Assembly (NCBI GenBank): GCA_011048995.1
Contig: DSCS01000057.1
Span: forward strand, 2,541 to 66,540
DNA: 64,000 nt
Origin: Bacillota bacterium
Lineage (GTDB): Bacteria > Macinerneyibacteriota > Macinerneyibacteria > Macinerneyibacteriales > DSCS01
Direction of reading: 5' to 3'
Program-made: the position numbers and the translations under genes
Notes under the pieces: generated by a model
The model's input: only the letters and a program-made list of their open reading frames with translations
Databases searched by the model: none
What the model was told of the DNA's origin: nothing
Part shown: positions 29,119 to 39,342 of the stretch, one piece after another
Layout: each line of letters starts with the position of its first letter
Numbering within the stretch: position 1 is the first letter of the stretch

Positions 29119-29955
29119 TCAACGGGCCCCGGAACTTGTTATTCCGGGGCTTTTTCTCTTTTTCATCAGCCCTTTTATCCATCTGGCTGCCCCATATCCT
29201 GCGGAAGCGACAATAATAATCGTTGCTCCGGAGGGAAGATTCAACGCAAAAGCCAGGGTCAGGCCTATAATGTTAAAAAACACAGCGAAAAAAGCGGCTA
29301 AAATCATCATCGAAGAGAGCCTTTTGCTGAACAAATTTGCAGCCGAAGCCGGCAAAGCCAGTAACGCTATGACCAGAACCAACCCGACAATTCTGGTCAG
29401 CAAAACAATAGCCACCGCGATGACAGCTAAAAAGAGAAAGGCCATAAGATTAACAGGCAGCCCTCTCATGGCTGCATATTCTTCATCGAAAGAGACATAA
29501 AGAATATGACGGCGGAAAAGAAGCACCGCTCCTGTCAAAATCAGATCCAGTATTCCCAAAGCCCAAAGGTTTCCCGGTGTTACAATAAGAATATTCCCGA
29601 AAAGATATGAAATGAGATCGACAGTATAACCCGGGGTCAATGAAAGGAACAGAATACCCAAAGCCATTCCCAAAGACCACAAAGAGGCTATAACCGTATC
29701 TTCTCTTTCTTTCATGCGGTTTTTGGCAAAGACAAGGACCAGCACAAAAAGAAGGGCTGCTGCAAAAGCGCCCCACATGGGGTCAAAGGAGAGAAAAACA
29801 GCTAAACCGATGCCTCCGAGAACCGCATGGGCCAGCCCCCCGCTCATGACAGCCAGGCGCCTCGTCACCACAAAGGTTCCGGTTATCCCTGCGGCAACTC
29901 CCGATAATATCGCTGCAGTCAGGGAGAAAAGATAAATACCGGTCAAATGGTTCAT
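29119..29955 (-). CDS. znuB: Zn/Mn ABC transporter permease
   Basis: GLAHAVLGG, YLFGNIL, SFDEEYA, VGLVLV, LPSGATI. Confidence 0.88.
   Translation of the reverse strand: MNHLTGIYLFSLTAAILSGVAAGITGTFVVTRRLAVMSGGLAHAVLGGIGLAVFLSFDPMWGAFAAALLFVLVLVFAKNRMKEREDTVIASLWSLGMALGILFLSLTPGYTVDLISYLFGNILIVTPGNLWALGILDLILTGAVLLFRRHILYVSFDEEYAAMRGLPVNLMAFLFLAVIAVAIVLLTRIVGLVLVIALLALPASAANLFSKRLSSMMILAAFFAVFFNIIGLTLAFALNLPSGATIIIVASAGYGAARWIKGLMKKRKSPGITSSGAR
29126..29157 (+). terminator. Intrinsic terminator for the sfsA-AKR-PPIase transcript, inside the 3' end of znuB
   Basis: GCCCCGGAA-7 nt-TTCCGGGGC followed by TTTTTCT. Confidence 0.75.
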
Positions 29956-29965
29956 GACTTCTCCT

Positions 29966-30703
29966 TTACAACCCGCACTGGTGGCGGATTTGAGTCACTT
30001 TATGGCCGTAAGGGGAAAACCCTTCCGAATCATCAGCGACTTCATCAAGGCGATGACAGGCAGAGCGTCTGTTCAGGCAGATCACTTTGTTTACATAAGA
30101 GGAGACGAAAGCCATGTCATGAGTGACCAGGAGAATCGTCATCTGTTTATTCATCTCTTTCAGTAAATCATAAATATCTTCCTCAACAGAGATGTCGACG
30201 CTGGATGTAGGCTCATCAAGGATCAACAGCTCCGGAGAAGATATGAGGGCTCTGGCTAAAAGGGTCCTCTGTTTTTGTCCCCCCGAAAGGTCGCTGAAAC
30301 GCTTTTTTCCCAAAGAAACGATCTCCAGCTTTTCCATGATCTCTTCCGCTTTTTTAAGATACTCTTTTTTCCAGGACGGACCCAGCAAATTTTTGTGAAA
30401 GATCCCCTGGAGAGTGACATCAAGGACCGTAATGGGAAAGTCAGGGTCAAACCCGCTGAATTGGGGGACATAACCAATACGAGGGCCGGCTTTTTGTGGA
30501 GAAATCCCGAATACAGAGAGATCCCCCTTCGCCGGAGAAAGAAGTCCGGTCAGTAATTTCACAAACGTCGTCTTCCCTCCCCCGTTAGGCCCTACAAGGG
30601 CGGCAAAATCATTTTCTTCCAGAGAGAGGGTGATCTCTTCCAGGATATATTCCTCTTCATAGGCAAACCAAACGCCGCGGCTTTCTACAACACTTTTTTT
30701 CAT
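29966..30703 (-). CDS. znuC: Zn/Mn ABC transporter ATP-binding protein
   Basis: GPNGGGKTT, GYVPQ, LSGGQKQR, LDEPT, THD. Confidence 0.9.
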   Translation of the reverse strand: MKKSVVESRGVWFAYEEEYILEEITLSLEENDFAALVGPNGGGKTTFVKLLTGLLSPAKGDLSVFGISPQKAGPRIGYVPQFSGFDPDFPITVLDVTLQGIFHKNLLGPSWKKEYLKKAEEIMEKLEIVSLGKKRFSDLSGGQKQRTLLARALISSPELLILDEPTSSVDISVEEDIYDLLKEMNKQMTILLVTHDMAFVSSYVNKVICLNRRSACHRLDEVADDSEGFSPYGHKVTQIRHQCGL

Positions 30704-31599
30704 GGGGCGCCCCTTTTTGAAACGGCCCGGGCCGCTTCACGTAAAAGCTCCGGATAATCTCTTCCCAAAGGCTCAAGAAGAATAACATCGGCCTCTAACG
30801 CTTTTGCAATAGCCTTGGCAGCATGAGCGCTGAACTCCTTCTGTATGATGACAGACTTGACCCCTTTGCTTCTCAGCAATGCGACCAAAGACGTCATTTC
30901 ACGGGGGGCCGGTTCTCTCCCTGCAATTTCAATAGGAATCTGCACTAAGCCGAATTCATCACAAAAATAACCCCATGAAGGATGAAAGACAGCAAAAGGC
31001 TGCGGCTCTCCCTCATCCAATATGACACGGATCTCTTTTTGAAGCAGTGTGAGCTCGTAGAGGAGAGTATCTCTCCTTTCTTTGTATGATGAAGCCTTTT
31101 CGGGATCATCTTGGATTAAAGCCTCGGCTATGTTTTTAACCATCTGTTTTGCCAGCCGGGGACTCAGCCAGACATGGGGATCTTTCAGGCCATGCCCATG
31201 CCCCTCTTCATGTTTCTTATCCTTAGGAAAAATATCATGGGCCGTCTCAACAGCCCGCTTCCGGATCCCTGCTGTGGTATCCACGACCGATAAAGAAGGA
31301 AACCGACTTTTGAGCCGGGGAACCCAGGCTTCTTCGAATGGAACACCCACCGTAAAAAAGAAACGGGCTTCAGACAATTTTTGCACCTGTCGGGGGCGGG
31401 GTTCGTAAGTGGCCGGGCTTTCACCGGCACGGACCATAATTTCGATTTGGAATCTCTCGCCGGCAAGCTTTTCCAAAAAATAGGCTTGGGAAGGAATACT
31501 CACAAAGATTACAGGCTTTTGCTTCTGTAAATCTTTCTGGCCGGAACAGGCGGTTATCAGCAATAAAACCGCTATTGCCGTGAATACTTTTCGTATCAT
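30700..31599 (-). CDS. znuA: Zn ABC transporter substrate-binding lipoprotein
   Basis: Lipobox ITAC; TYEP, His-rich loop HEEGHGHG, DPHVWLSP, FHPSWGYF. Confidence 0.88.
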   Translation of the reverse strand: MIRKVFTAIAVLLLITACSGQKDLQKQKPVIFVSIPSQAYFLEKLAGERFQIEIMVRAGESPATYEPRPRQVQKLSEARFFFTVGVPFEEAWVPRLKSRFPSLSVVDTTAGIRKRAVETAHDIFPKDKKHEEGHGHGLKDPHVWLSPRLAKQMVKNIAEALIQDDPEKASSYKERRDTLLYELTLLQKEIRVILDEGEPQPFAVFHPSWGYFCDEFGLVQIPIEIAGREPAPREMTSLVALLRSKGVKSVIIQKEFSAHAAKAIAKALEADVILLEPLGRDYPELLREAARAVSKRGAP

Positions 31600-31994
31600 G
31601 TTTTTTGCCTTTCCCTTTTTGCCCTGGCACGGGCGCATGTCGGGCACAGCCCTCTGAAAAGAAGCTTATGGCTGAGAATCATATAGGAAAAGGCTTCTTT
31701 CAGCTCTTTTTCCAAGACAGACGAGGGGCAACGGGTAAAAGTTATGATTTCATGACAATCCTGACAAACAAGGAAATGGCCGTTTTTTTTGCCGCTGTAA
31801 TAATGCTTTTTAGCTCGGAAAAAGGTCACACTGTTGACCCTCCCCGACATCTCAAGCCTTTTTAACGCTCTGTAGACGGTGGAGAGATCCGGCCTTTCCG
31901 GAATCCGTTCCGCCAGCTCCCCGGCATCCAAAGCTTTATCCTCTTTGTCAAGGATCTTCTCAATAGCATCATCTGTCATGGCGGCATGTTTCAA
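31596..31994 (-). CDS. zur: Fur-family regulator (Zur-like)
   Basis: STVYRAL, HFLVCQDC, GLCPTC; first gene of the znu operon; TTG start after AAGGAG. Confidence 0.82.
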   Translation of the reverse strand: MKHAAMTDDAIEKILDKEDKALDAGELAERIPERPDLSTVYRALKRLEMSGRVNSVTFFRAKKHYYSGKKNGHFLVCQDCHEIITFTRCPSSVLEKELKEAFSYMILSHKLLFRGLCPTCARARAKRERQKT

Positions 31995-32004
31995 AGCAAC
32001 TCCT

Positions 32005-32053
32005 TTGCGCAAATCATTTGCATAATCGTATCAAAAAAAAGACCTCATGTCAA
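32005..32053 (-). promoter_or_regulatory. sigma70 promoter with downstream Fur/Zur-type operator
   Basis: TTGACA-17 bp-TACGAT on the minus strand, immediately followed by near-palindrome TTATGCAAATGATTTGCGCAA (32005-32025). Confidence 0.75.
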
Positions 32054-32066
32054 GAAAAGGCTCTTC

Positions 32067-32095
32067 TTGAATCTCCTTACTCGTTGTGATAGAAT
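32067..32095 (+). promoter_or_regulatory. sigma70 promoter for the nitrilase operon, candidate leaderless
   Basis: TTGAAT-17 bp-TAGAAT with extended TGn, 6 nt before ATG 32102; no SD. Confidence 0.6.
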
Positions 32096-32101
32096 AGGCC
32101 T

Positions 32102-32869
32102 ATGATAGCAGCTTATTATCAATTCAGCCCCAAAACAGGTAAAGCCGGCCAAAATATCGCTTCTGTCCTGAAGGCCGTCGAAAAAAATGATTTTGATCTT
32201 TTGGTGCTTCCTGAATTGTGTACAACCGGTTACGGGCTGACTCAAGAAGAAAGCCGGCAGTGGAGTGAACCGGTACCTGACGGGCCCACGACCAAAGCCT
32301 TTCTGGACTATTCCCGTTCACGGCAATGCACCATTGTCTGGGGAATGGCTGAGCGTGAAGGCTGTCATGTCTACAACAGCGCTGTCCTTGTCCACAAAGG
32401 GTATTATCTCGGTAAATACAGGAAGATCCATCTTTTCCTGAATGAAAAAGACATCTTTACCCCCGGAAACCTCCCTTTCACTGTCTGGGAAGTCGAAGGC
32501 GTAAAGATCGGACTGATGATTTGTTTTGATTGGGCTTTCCCTGAAGCAGCCCGCACTTTAGGCGCCCGCGGAGCCCAGGTTATCGCTCATCCCTCCAACC
32601 TGGTTTTGCCCTTATGTCAAAAGGCGATGCCGATCAGAGCTTTGGAAAACCGCATTTTTACAATAACGGCAAACCGTTGCGGCCGGGAGCGGGGCCTCTC
32701 CTTTACCGGAAAAAGCCTCATCTGCGCCCCTGACGGCAGCGTCCTCTCCCGGGCTTCAAAACAGGCGGCTTTCGGTTATGCCGTTCTTGACCCCCGTGAA
32801 GCTTTAAATAAGTCACTGACACCCCGCAACTCCGTTTTTGAAGACCGCAGGCCTTCATTTTATCTCTGA
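32102..32869 (+). CDS. Carbon-nitrogen hydrolase (nitrilase family)
   Basis: Catalytic triad motifs LPEL, YRKIHL, ICFDW. Confidence 0.9.
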   Translation: MIAAYYQFSPKTGKAGQNIASVLKAVEKNDFDLLVLPELCTTGYGLTQEESRQWSEPVPDGPTTKAFLDYSRSRQCTIVWGMAEREGCHVYNSAVLVHKGYYLGKYRKIHLFLNEKDIFTPGNLPFTVWEVEGVKIGLMICFDWAFPEAARTLGARGAQVIAHPSNLVLPLCQKAMPIRALENRIFTITANRCGRERGLSFTGKSLICAPDGSVLSRASKQAAFGYAVLDPREALNKSLTPRNSVFEDRRPSFYL

Positions 32870-32880
32870 AAGGAGCCTTT

Positions 32881-34467
32881 ATGGAAAATCGGAGTATTTA
32901 CGACCAACGTCTTACCGAGATGTTGGATAAAGTCGCCGATGAGATTAAAAATTACTCCATCGGTTTTATCAGCCATATTAAGAAACTGGCAGAAATCGGC
33001 ATCTCTCTGACATCAGAAAAAAATGTCAATAAGATCCTGGAAATGATCGTGGAAGAAGCCAAAAACTTTACCAATGCTGATGCCGGCACTCTTTATTCCG
33101 TAGAAGGAGATATTCTTATTTTCGAAATCCTCTATAATGACACTTTAGGGGTCAAACAAGGCGGAACCACGGGAACCCCCATCAAACTCCCGCCTGTACC
33201 CATTCACAAGCAGAATGTCTCGGGGTATGTGGCTAAAACAGGAGAGATCATCAATATCCCCGATGTCTATGAAGACAATACTTTTGATTTTACCGGACCT
33301 AAAAAATATGATGCCCAGACAGGTTATCGCTCGCAATCCTTTTTGGTCGTCCCCTTGAGAGATCATGAAAACACCATTATCGGAGTCCTGCAGCTTCTTA
33401 ACGCCAAGAACAAAGATACCGGAGAAGTCATTCCGTTTGCTCCTGAATATGAGGACATCATCTATTCCCTGGCCTCTCAGGCCGCTGTCGCCATCACCAA
33501 CGCCCGGCTGATCAAAGACATTGAGACCATGCTGAATTCTTTCGTCAAAGTCATGGCCACCGCCATCGATGAAAGGACACCCTACAACAAAGAACATACA
33601 GCCCGGGTCGCCTGCTATACTGTGGCATTGGCTTCTCAGATCAACGAGATCGCCGAAGGCCCTTATAAAGACATTTACTTTACCGAAGAAAAACTGGCCG
33701 AATTGAATATGGCCGCATGGCTTCATGATGTGGGAAAAGTCACTACTCCTGAAATCGTCATGGACAAATCCACAAAATTAGAATGCAAGATGGACCGGCT
33801 GGAACTCATTCTTCAGCGAATCGAGCTGATCCGTAAAGAATCCAAAATCATGGAATTGTCGGGATCGTCAGACAAAAAAGCGAATAGCGCCTTTGAAAAA
33901 AAACTCTCCCAATACGAAAATTTTATAAAAAAGGCCAATAATCCCGGGGAATCCCTAAATGAAAGAGACTTACAGCTCCTGGAAGAGCTTCGCGCTTTCC
34001 GCTTCAAGGGGCATGAGGGGGAAAAGCTCTGCATCATTACCGAAGAAGAGTATGAAAACCTTTCCATTGCGCGGGGGACATTGAACCCCCGTGAGCGGAC
34101 GATCATGGAAAATCATGTTATGGTTACAGAAAAACTCCTTTCCAATATGCCGTTCATCAAAAAATACAAGAATGTACCCGAGATCGCCGCCGCTCATCAC
34201 GAAAAGATCAACGGAAAGGGATATCCTCACAAGCTCAAAAATGAAGAAATTCCTGTCGGCGGAAAGATCATGGCCATTGCCGATCTTTTTGATGCTCTCA
34301 CCGCCAGTGACAGGCCCTACAAAAAAGCCATGACAGACGAAGAGGCCTTTGTTATATTGGACAAGGCTGCTGAAAACAATGAAATCGACAAGGATCTGCT
34401 CACGATTTTCCGGGACAGTAAAATATACGCCACGGATACACATAAGAAAGGAGTCTTTGAAACATGA
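32881..34467 (+). CDS. GAF + HD-GYP phosphodiesterase
   Basis: GAF (NIPDVY, GVLQLLN); LHDVGK, HHEKINGKGYP, IADLFDALT..DRPYK. Confidence 0.9.
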   Translation: MENRSIYDQRLTEMLDKVADEIKNYSIGFISHIKKLAEIGISLTSEKNVNKILEMIVEEAKNFTNADAGTLYSVEGDILIFEILYNDTLGVKQGGTTGTPIKLPPVPIHKQNVSGYVAKTGEIINIPDVYEDNTFDFTGPKKYDAQTGYRSQSFLVVPLRDHENTIIGVLQLLNAKNKDTGEVIPFAPEYEDIIYSLASQAAVAITNARLIKDIETMLNSFVKVMATAIDERTPYNKEHTARVACYTVALASQINEIAEGPYKDIYFTEEKLAELNMAAWLHDVGKVTTPEIVMDKSTKLECKMDRLELILQRIELIRKESKIMELSGSSDKKANSAFEKKLSQYENFIKKANNPGESLNERDLQLLEELRAFRFKGHEGEKLCIITEEEYENLSIARGTLNPRERTIMENHVMVTEKLLSNMPFIKKYKNVPEIAAAHHEKINGKGYPHKLKNEEIPVGGKIMAIADLFDALTASDRPYKKAMTDEEAFVILDKAAENNEIDKDLLTIFRDSKIYATDTHKKGVFET

Positions 34468-35108
34468 TTGACAACATCGCTCTTATTCCCCTCCAGATAC
34501 TGGCCCTTCTCTATGCCATCGTCATCCATGAATGGGCCCACGGATATGCCGCTTATAAGATGGGAGACAACACAGCCTATGCCATGGGGCGGCTTACCCT
34601 CAACCCGATACGTCATATGGATCTCTTCGGGACGGTCCTTCTTCCCCTTTTACTGATCGTCACACGCTCCCCGATTCTTTTCGGGTGGGCCAAACCCGTT
34701 CCTGTCAACCCGAATAATTTCAGGGATTACAGAAAAGGAGAAGTCATCGTCTCATTGGCAGGAATCACAGCCAATATCATCTCCGCATTGGTCTTTACCG
34801 CTTTTGCCTTTTTACTCCGCCCCTTTTCATCGCAGGCTTTCTCCCGTCCGATGATTTTTTTCTTTATCATTGCTTCTGTGATCAATGTCGTCCTCTTCGC
34901 TTTTAACCTTATTCCCATCCCTCCCCTGGACGGCTCTCATATCCTTATGCTTCTTCTGCCCCCGAAACAAGCCCTTCTTTACCAACGGATCGCTCCCTAC
35001 GGGTTTTTTATCATCATCGGGCTTCTCTTTCTCGGAATCATCGATGTCTATCTGAGATCGGTTTTAAGCCTCTATTTTCTCATTACCGGGCTTCCCCTTA
35101 GTTTTTAA
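34464..35108 (+). CDS. Site-2 protease (M50 family)
   Basis: HEWAH, GRLTLNP, NLIPIPPLDG. Confidence 0.92.
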   Translation: MIDNIALIPLQILALLYAIVIHEWAHGYAAYKMGDNTAYAMGRLTLNPIRHMDLFGTVLLPLLLIVTRSPILFGWAKPVPVNPNNFRDYRKGEVIVSLAGITANIISALVFTAFAFLLRPFSSQAFSRPMIFFFIIASVINVVLFAFNLIPIPPLDGSHILMLLLPPKQALLYQRIAPYGFFIIIGLLFLGIIDVYLRSVLSLYFLITGLPLSF

Positions 35109-35116
35109 GGAGAAAA

Positions 35117-35911
35117 ATGGATTCTTTGGCGAGACTCATAAACTTCACGGAGACGGGTTTACATTTTCCCGGCCCCTTCCATCGTGACCCCGACGGTAAA
35201 CTCTTTCTTCTTTTTGATGTCCCTCCGGAAGGGGTTCAGCCCTTGATCGACGGTAAAATCGCCGTGGGGGGCCTGAAAAGCACTTCAGATCTCATCCGCA
35301 TCGCATTGACAGTTCATCAGGGAAGCGCTCCTGCGCTTCTTCTGGAAGAACCACTTTCCCTTTCGCATTATGGAAAGGAAATTGAAGAGTTCTTGACACA
35401 AGAGAGTCAATATTTAGCCTTTTTCTACCGAGCCGAAAAAAAACGGTTTTTTGTTCTGGCAAAAAAGATCACATTAGATACAGGTTTAAAAAAAAGCCTT
35501 CTTTCTATGAAAGAGAGTTCTTTTCCGGCTATTCATCAAGTCCCCCTTTCCCAATGGGATTTGGAATCCTATATCCCCCTATCCTACACCCTTTACCGCC
35601 TTCAGGGAGACCTGACGGAAAGCCCCTCTCTCCTTCACTCTCTTCGGGAACCGGTTCTCTTCAGCAGCCCTTTCGCCCTGTGGACAGGATTGGACAGCGA
35701 AGGCTCTTTTTTACTCTCTAATATTCCTTTGTCCCGGCTGACTGTCCAAAAAGAAAATATTTCACCCCTGAAAACTGTGGCCCTTCCCTATGCTTTCTCC
35801 CGGAATGCCGGAGAGATCTTTCGGATCATCATCGACTCTGACGGATGGAAACGATTAAAAAAACGAGGATGTGCAGAATCCTATGAGAAAAATTACCCTT
35901 TCTGGGCTTAG
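35117..35911 (+). CDS. Hypothetical protein
   Basis: AAGGAG RBS, in-operon position, 264 aa; no motif recognised. Confidence 0.65.
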   Translation: MDSLARLINFTETGLHFPGPFHRDPDGKLFLLFDVPPEGVQPLIDGKIAVGGLKSTSDLIRIALTVHQGSAPALLLEEPLSLSHYGKEIEEFLTQESQYLAFFYRAEKKRFFVLAKKITLDTGLKKSLLSMKESSFPAIHQVPLSQWDLESYIPLSYTLYRLQGDLTESPSLLHSLREPVLFSSPFALWTGLDSEGSFLLSNIPLSRLTVQKENISPLKTVALPYAFSRNAGEIFRIIIDSDGWKRLKKRGCAESYEKNYPFWA

Positions 35912-37799
35912 CGCCGTTCTTCTGCTTTTTTTGCTACTCTATACACCAGGATGCTCTCCTCTCAGAAGAAAAGAGCCTCTTCGACCTCTGTACGGCATCG
36001 CTTTAGAGATGATCCGGGAGGAGAGGAGAGAGGAAGCGGCCGAACTTCTCGCTTCCGTTACCACCCGGGAACAAGTCTACCCGGCCGCTCTCATACGGGG
36101 CCTGGAACTGACAGCCGGAACCGACCATCCCCTTTATGCCCTTTTCCTTTCCCGCCTTTCGACTATCCTTCCCTCTTACCCTTATTTAGATGACTATTAC
36201 TATTTTTCCCTTATGCGCCAAAAATATCATCAAAAAGAATATGCCTACCTTAAAGAATATCAGGCCTATTTCGACCTGGTTCAGGAAGAGGATCTTTATA
36301 AAGAGCTCCTTTTCTATCACTTAGAGGCCCTTCTCGCTCTGGGTGAAGAAGAAGACGCTTTAAAGCAAGCCATAGACCTCTACGGGCGAAGGCTTCAAAA
36401 AAAGAGAAGTGAAGCACTGCAAGAAATCTTGTCATCCCTGCTCCTGGATAAGGGAATCGCCCTCCGGGGAGAAGAGTGGCGTATGCTTCCCCGTATTCCT
36501 TTGCCTGTATCCAAAGTCAAAAAGTACCTGTCGGCCCATCAGGAAGAATCCCGTTTTTGGTGGGATACCGCCTCGCGTTTTTTCTCTAAAAAAGAGCTGA
36601 CATCCTTAGGCGGGGATAAAAACGGTTATGTCCTGGCGAAATCCCTTGCAATAAACCCATCTTCCCCGGAAGACAGTGAACGGCTGGCTGAACTGATCAC
36701 CGATCCTGATCTTTCCTACCCTTCGCCCATAGCTGAACTCTTTCTTTCCCATTTTCCGGCTGATCACCGAGGTCCCTTCTTCTTTACTTTAATTGACCCT
36801 GATCAAAGAGAACACTCTTCTATAGCGGTATTCCGTGCGCTGCTTGAAAAGCGGAAATATTCGGCCCTGGAAGAATGGCTTGATTTCTGGACAGACAATG
36901 AATTCGACTCCTTTACTTCTACCCATGCGGCGCGCTGTCTATTTTGGAAAAGCTATCTTCTCTTCCAAAGGCAAGGGCTTTCCCCTGCTGTTGAAGAGGG
37001 TCTCACGGCCGCTGCCCGGAAAGCACCGCTGAGCTATTATCATTCTAAAGCAGCAGAGCTTTTAAACCTGCCCCTTCTTCATCCCCGCCTTTTTCTCTCT
37101 TCCCACAGACAGAAAAACTTTTCAGATAAAAAAATGGAATCTTTACTGGAAGCTTTGGGGGATTACCGGGATCATGACGGAATTCACATGATCCAGCTCT
37201 CTCTTGACAATCACCACTTTATGAATCATCTGCCCCTCTTTATGGACCAATATAGAAAACAGCAAAATTATTCATGGATGATCATCAGCAGCCGCTATCT
37301 TTGGAATACAGAAGGCCCATCCGTTGAACTGATTTCCTATCTCTACCCTGCAGGATATAAAGATGAGACCCAGTCCTTCAGTGTATTGGAAAAGGCTTCA
37401 TCCCCGTTAGTCTTTGCCGTTATTCATCAAGAGAGCCGTTTTATACCCATGGCGACATCCCGGGCCGGAGCCATGGGCCTCATGCAGCTTATGCCGGGAA
37501 CCTTTAGCGGGCTGGAAAAACACATTCGGAAAGCCCGTCTGGAAATGGATGCTTATGATGTCAGGGCCAATATCACCGCCGGCACAGCCTATTTAAAGAA
37601 TCTTCTCATCCGTTTCGATGAAAAAGAATATGCATTGGCTGCTTACAATGCCGGCCCTCATCGTGTTCAACGCTGGCTGGAAGAATTCGGAGCCCGTCCG
37701 CCAGAAGAATTTGCGGAGCTGATTCCTTACTATGAGACACGCGCTTACGTCTTCCGGGTCCTCGCGATGGAAGCCATTTACCGGGAATGCATTCTATAA
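35883..37799 (+). CDS. Lytic transglycosylase (SLT domain) lipoprotein
   Basis: N-terminal PGC lipobox-like site; IHQESRF, GAMGLMQLMP, AAYNAGP, IPYYETRAYV. Confidence 0.88.
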   Translation: MRKITLSGLSAVLLLFLLLYTPGCSPLRRKEPLRPLYGIALEMIREERREEAAELLASVTTREQVYPAALIRGLELTAGTDHPLYALFLSRLSTILPSYPYLDDYYYFSLMRQKYHQKEYAYLKEYQAYFDLVQEEDLYKELLFYHLEALLALGEEEDALKQAIDLYGRRLQKKRSEALQEILSSLLLDKGIALRGEEWRMLPRIPLPVSKVKKYLSAHQEESRFWWDTASRFFSKKELTSLGGDKNGYVLAKSLAINPSSPEDSERLAELITDPDLSYPSPIAELFLSHFPADHRGPFFFTLIDPDQREHSSIAVFRALLEKRKYSALEEWLDFWTDNEFDSFTSTHAARCLFWKSYLLFQRQGLSPAVEEGLTAAARKAPLSYYHSKAAELLNLPLLHPRLFLSSHRQKNFSDKKMESLLEALGDYRDHDGIHMIQLSLDNHHFMNHLPLFMDQYRKQQNYSWMIISSRYLWNTEGPSVELISYLYPAGYKDETQSFSVLEKASSPLVFAVIHQESRFIPMATSRAGAMGLMQLMPGTFSGLEKHIRKARLEMDAYDVRANITAGTAYLKNLLIRFDEKEYALAAYNAGPHRVQRWLEEFGARPPEEFAELIPYYETRAYVFRVLAMEAIYRECIL

Positions 37800-37813
37800 A
37801 ATAAGGAGAAATT

Positions 37814-38989
37814 ATGCATTATGATTTTGACCGCGTCCCATCACGCAAAGGAACGGACAGCGTGAAATGGGATGCATTAGGAGATGTTTTCGGCGATAAG
37901 GAACTGTTACCGCTTTGGGTCGCTGACATGGATTTTCCGGCTCCTCCCGAGATCACAGAAAATCTGATCAAACGGGCCCGTCATCCTCTTTACGGATATA
38001 CGTGTAAAACAAGCCGTTATTATGACGCCGTTCAAAGCTGGTTTTCCCGCCGCTTTGACTGGGCTGTTGAAAAAGAAGATATTTTGACCACTCCCGGGAT
38101 CGTCACGGCACTGGCCCTGGCTGTTGAAGCCTACACGTCACCCGGAGATGAGATCATCATTCAGCCTCCGGTCTATCCCCCTTTCTTTTCGATTGTCAAA
38201 GAAGCGGGACGGGAGCTTCTTCTTAATCCGCTGATCTTTAAAGACGGAACTTATGGGATGGATCTTGAGGGATTGGAAAAAATAATCTCCGAAAAAACGA
38301 AAATGCTCCTTTTCTGCAGCCCCCATAATCCTGTGGGACGGGTCTGGTCCGAAGCTGAGTTGTCCGCTTTGGGAGATTTCTGCGGCAAACACGGCATCAT
38401 CATCATCTCTGATGAGATCCACTGCGACATTGTCTTTCCGGAGCATTCCCATCTGCCTCTGCATCGGGTATCCCCCGCATTTTCTTCTTTTACTGTGACA
38501 TGCACAGCCCCCAGTAAGACCTTTAATATCCCCGGGCTTTACAGTTCCAATATTATCATTACAGATCAAAACCTGCGCAACAGGTTTCAGAAAGTGCAAG
38601 AACGCTTTCATATCTCTTCGACCAACATTTTCGCTGCAGAGGGCACAATAGCAGCCTATAATTACGGCGAACCTTGGCTGGAGGCTCTGCTCAGCTATCT
38701 TCAGGAAAATCTTTCCCTTTTAAAAGAAAGAATCAGCGCCATGCCCGGCGTCACTTTAGCTGCTCTCCCGGAAGGGACCTATCTGGCCTGGATCGATTTT
38801 CGTCCGCTTATTCGCCGGGGAAACGATTGCCACCGCATCGTTTATCAGCAGGCCAAATTGGGTCTCAACGACGGAGCCCAATTCGGCAGAGAAGGTGAAG
38901 GTTTTATGCGATTGAACTTTGCCTGTCCCAAAGCCCTTTTAAACCGGGCGTTGGATCAACTGGAAAAGGCCTTGAAAGAAACCCGGTAA
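37814..38989 (+). CDS. MalY/PatB family PLP-dependent C-S lyase
   Basis: SVKWD, PLWVADMDF, CSPHNPVGRVW, SDEIH, PSKTFN, RLNFAC. Confidence 0.92.
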   Translation: MHYDFDRVPSRKGTDSVKWDALGDVFGDKELLPLWVADMDFPAPPEITENLIKRARHPLYGYTCKTSRYYDAVQSWFSRRFDWAVEKEDILTTPGIVTALALAVEAYTSPGDEIIIQPPVYPPFFSIVKEAGRELLLNPLIFKDGTYGMDLEGLEKIISEKTKMLLFCSPHNPVGRVWSEAELSALGDFCGKHGIIIISDEIHCDIVFPEHSHLPLHRVSPAFSSFTVTCTAPSKTFNIPGLYSSNIIITDQNLRNRFQKVQERFHISSTNIFAAEGTIAAYNYGEPWLEALLSYLQENLSLLKERISAMPGVTLAALPEGTYLAWIDFRPLIRRGNDCHRIVYQQAKLGLNDGAQFGREGEGFMRLNFACPKALLNRALDQLEKALKETR

Positions 38990-38991
38990 GA

Positions 38992-39342
38992 TTAATCGGA
39001 GGTCCCCTTTTCCCCCTGAATGATCTTCTGGGCTTCTTCAGCCTTTTTAACCAGCCAACGGCCCATATTCAATGCTGCTCTGGGAGTCACCGCTATTTTT
39101 GCAACGACTTCCCGAATAACATCGGCATCTTCTTCAAATTCGACAGGTTGCTCATTCCCGAAAAGATGATGCTCAATATGCTCGATCTCCAGAAGTGTGG
39201 GAGTCGATTTTCTGTCGAAATAGATATTAAGCGTCAAAAGGCCGTCAGGAGAGATTCCTCCGAACATCCCGTTGGCGACCGGGGTGACATCAAATTCATC
39301 CAGATTTTTATAGGCTATCTTCAGCTTTTTCCCCTCTTCCAT
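38992..39342 (-). CDS. Hypothetical protein (DUF3467-like)
   Basis: GGAGG RBS before ATG 39342; ANGMFGGISPDG...IREVVAKIAVTP. The track ORF's upstream extension overlaps the opposite gene. Confidence 0.6.
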   Translation of the reverse strand: MEEGKKLKIAYKNLDEFDVTPVANGMFGGISPDGLLTLNIYFDRKSTPTLLEIEHIEHHLFGNEQPVEFEEDADVIREVVAKIAVTPRAALNMGRWLVKKAEEAQKIIQGEKGTSD

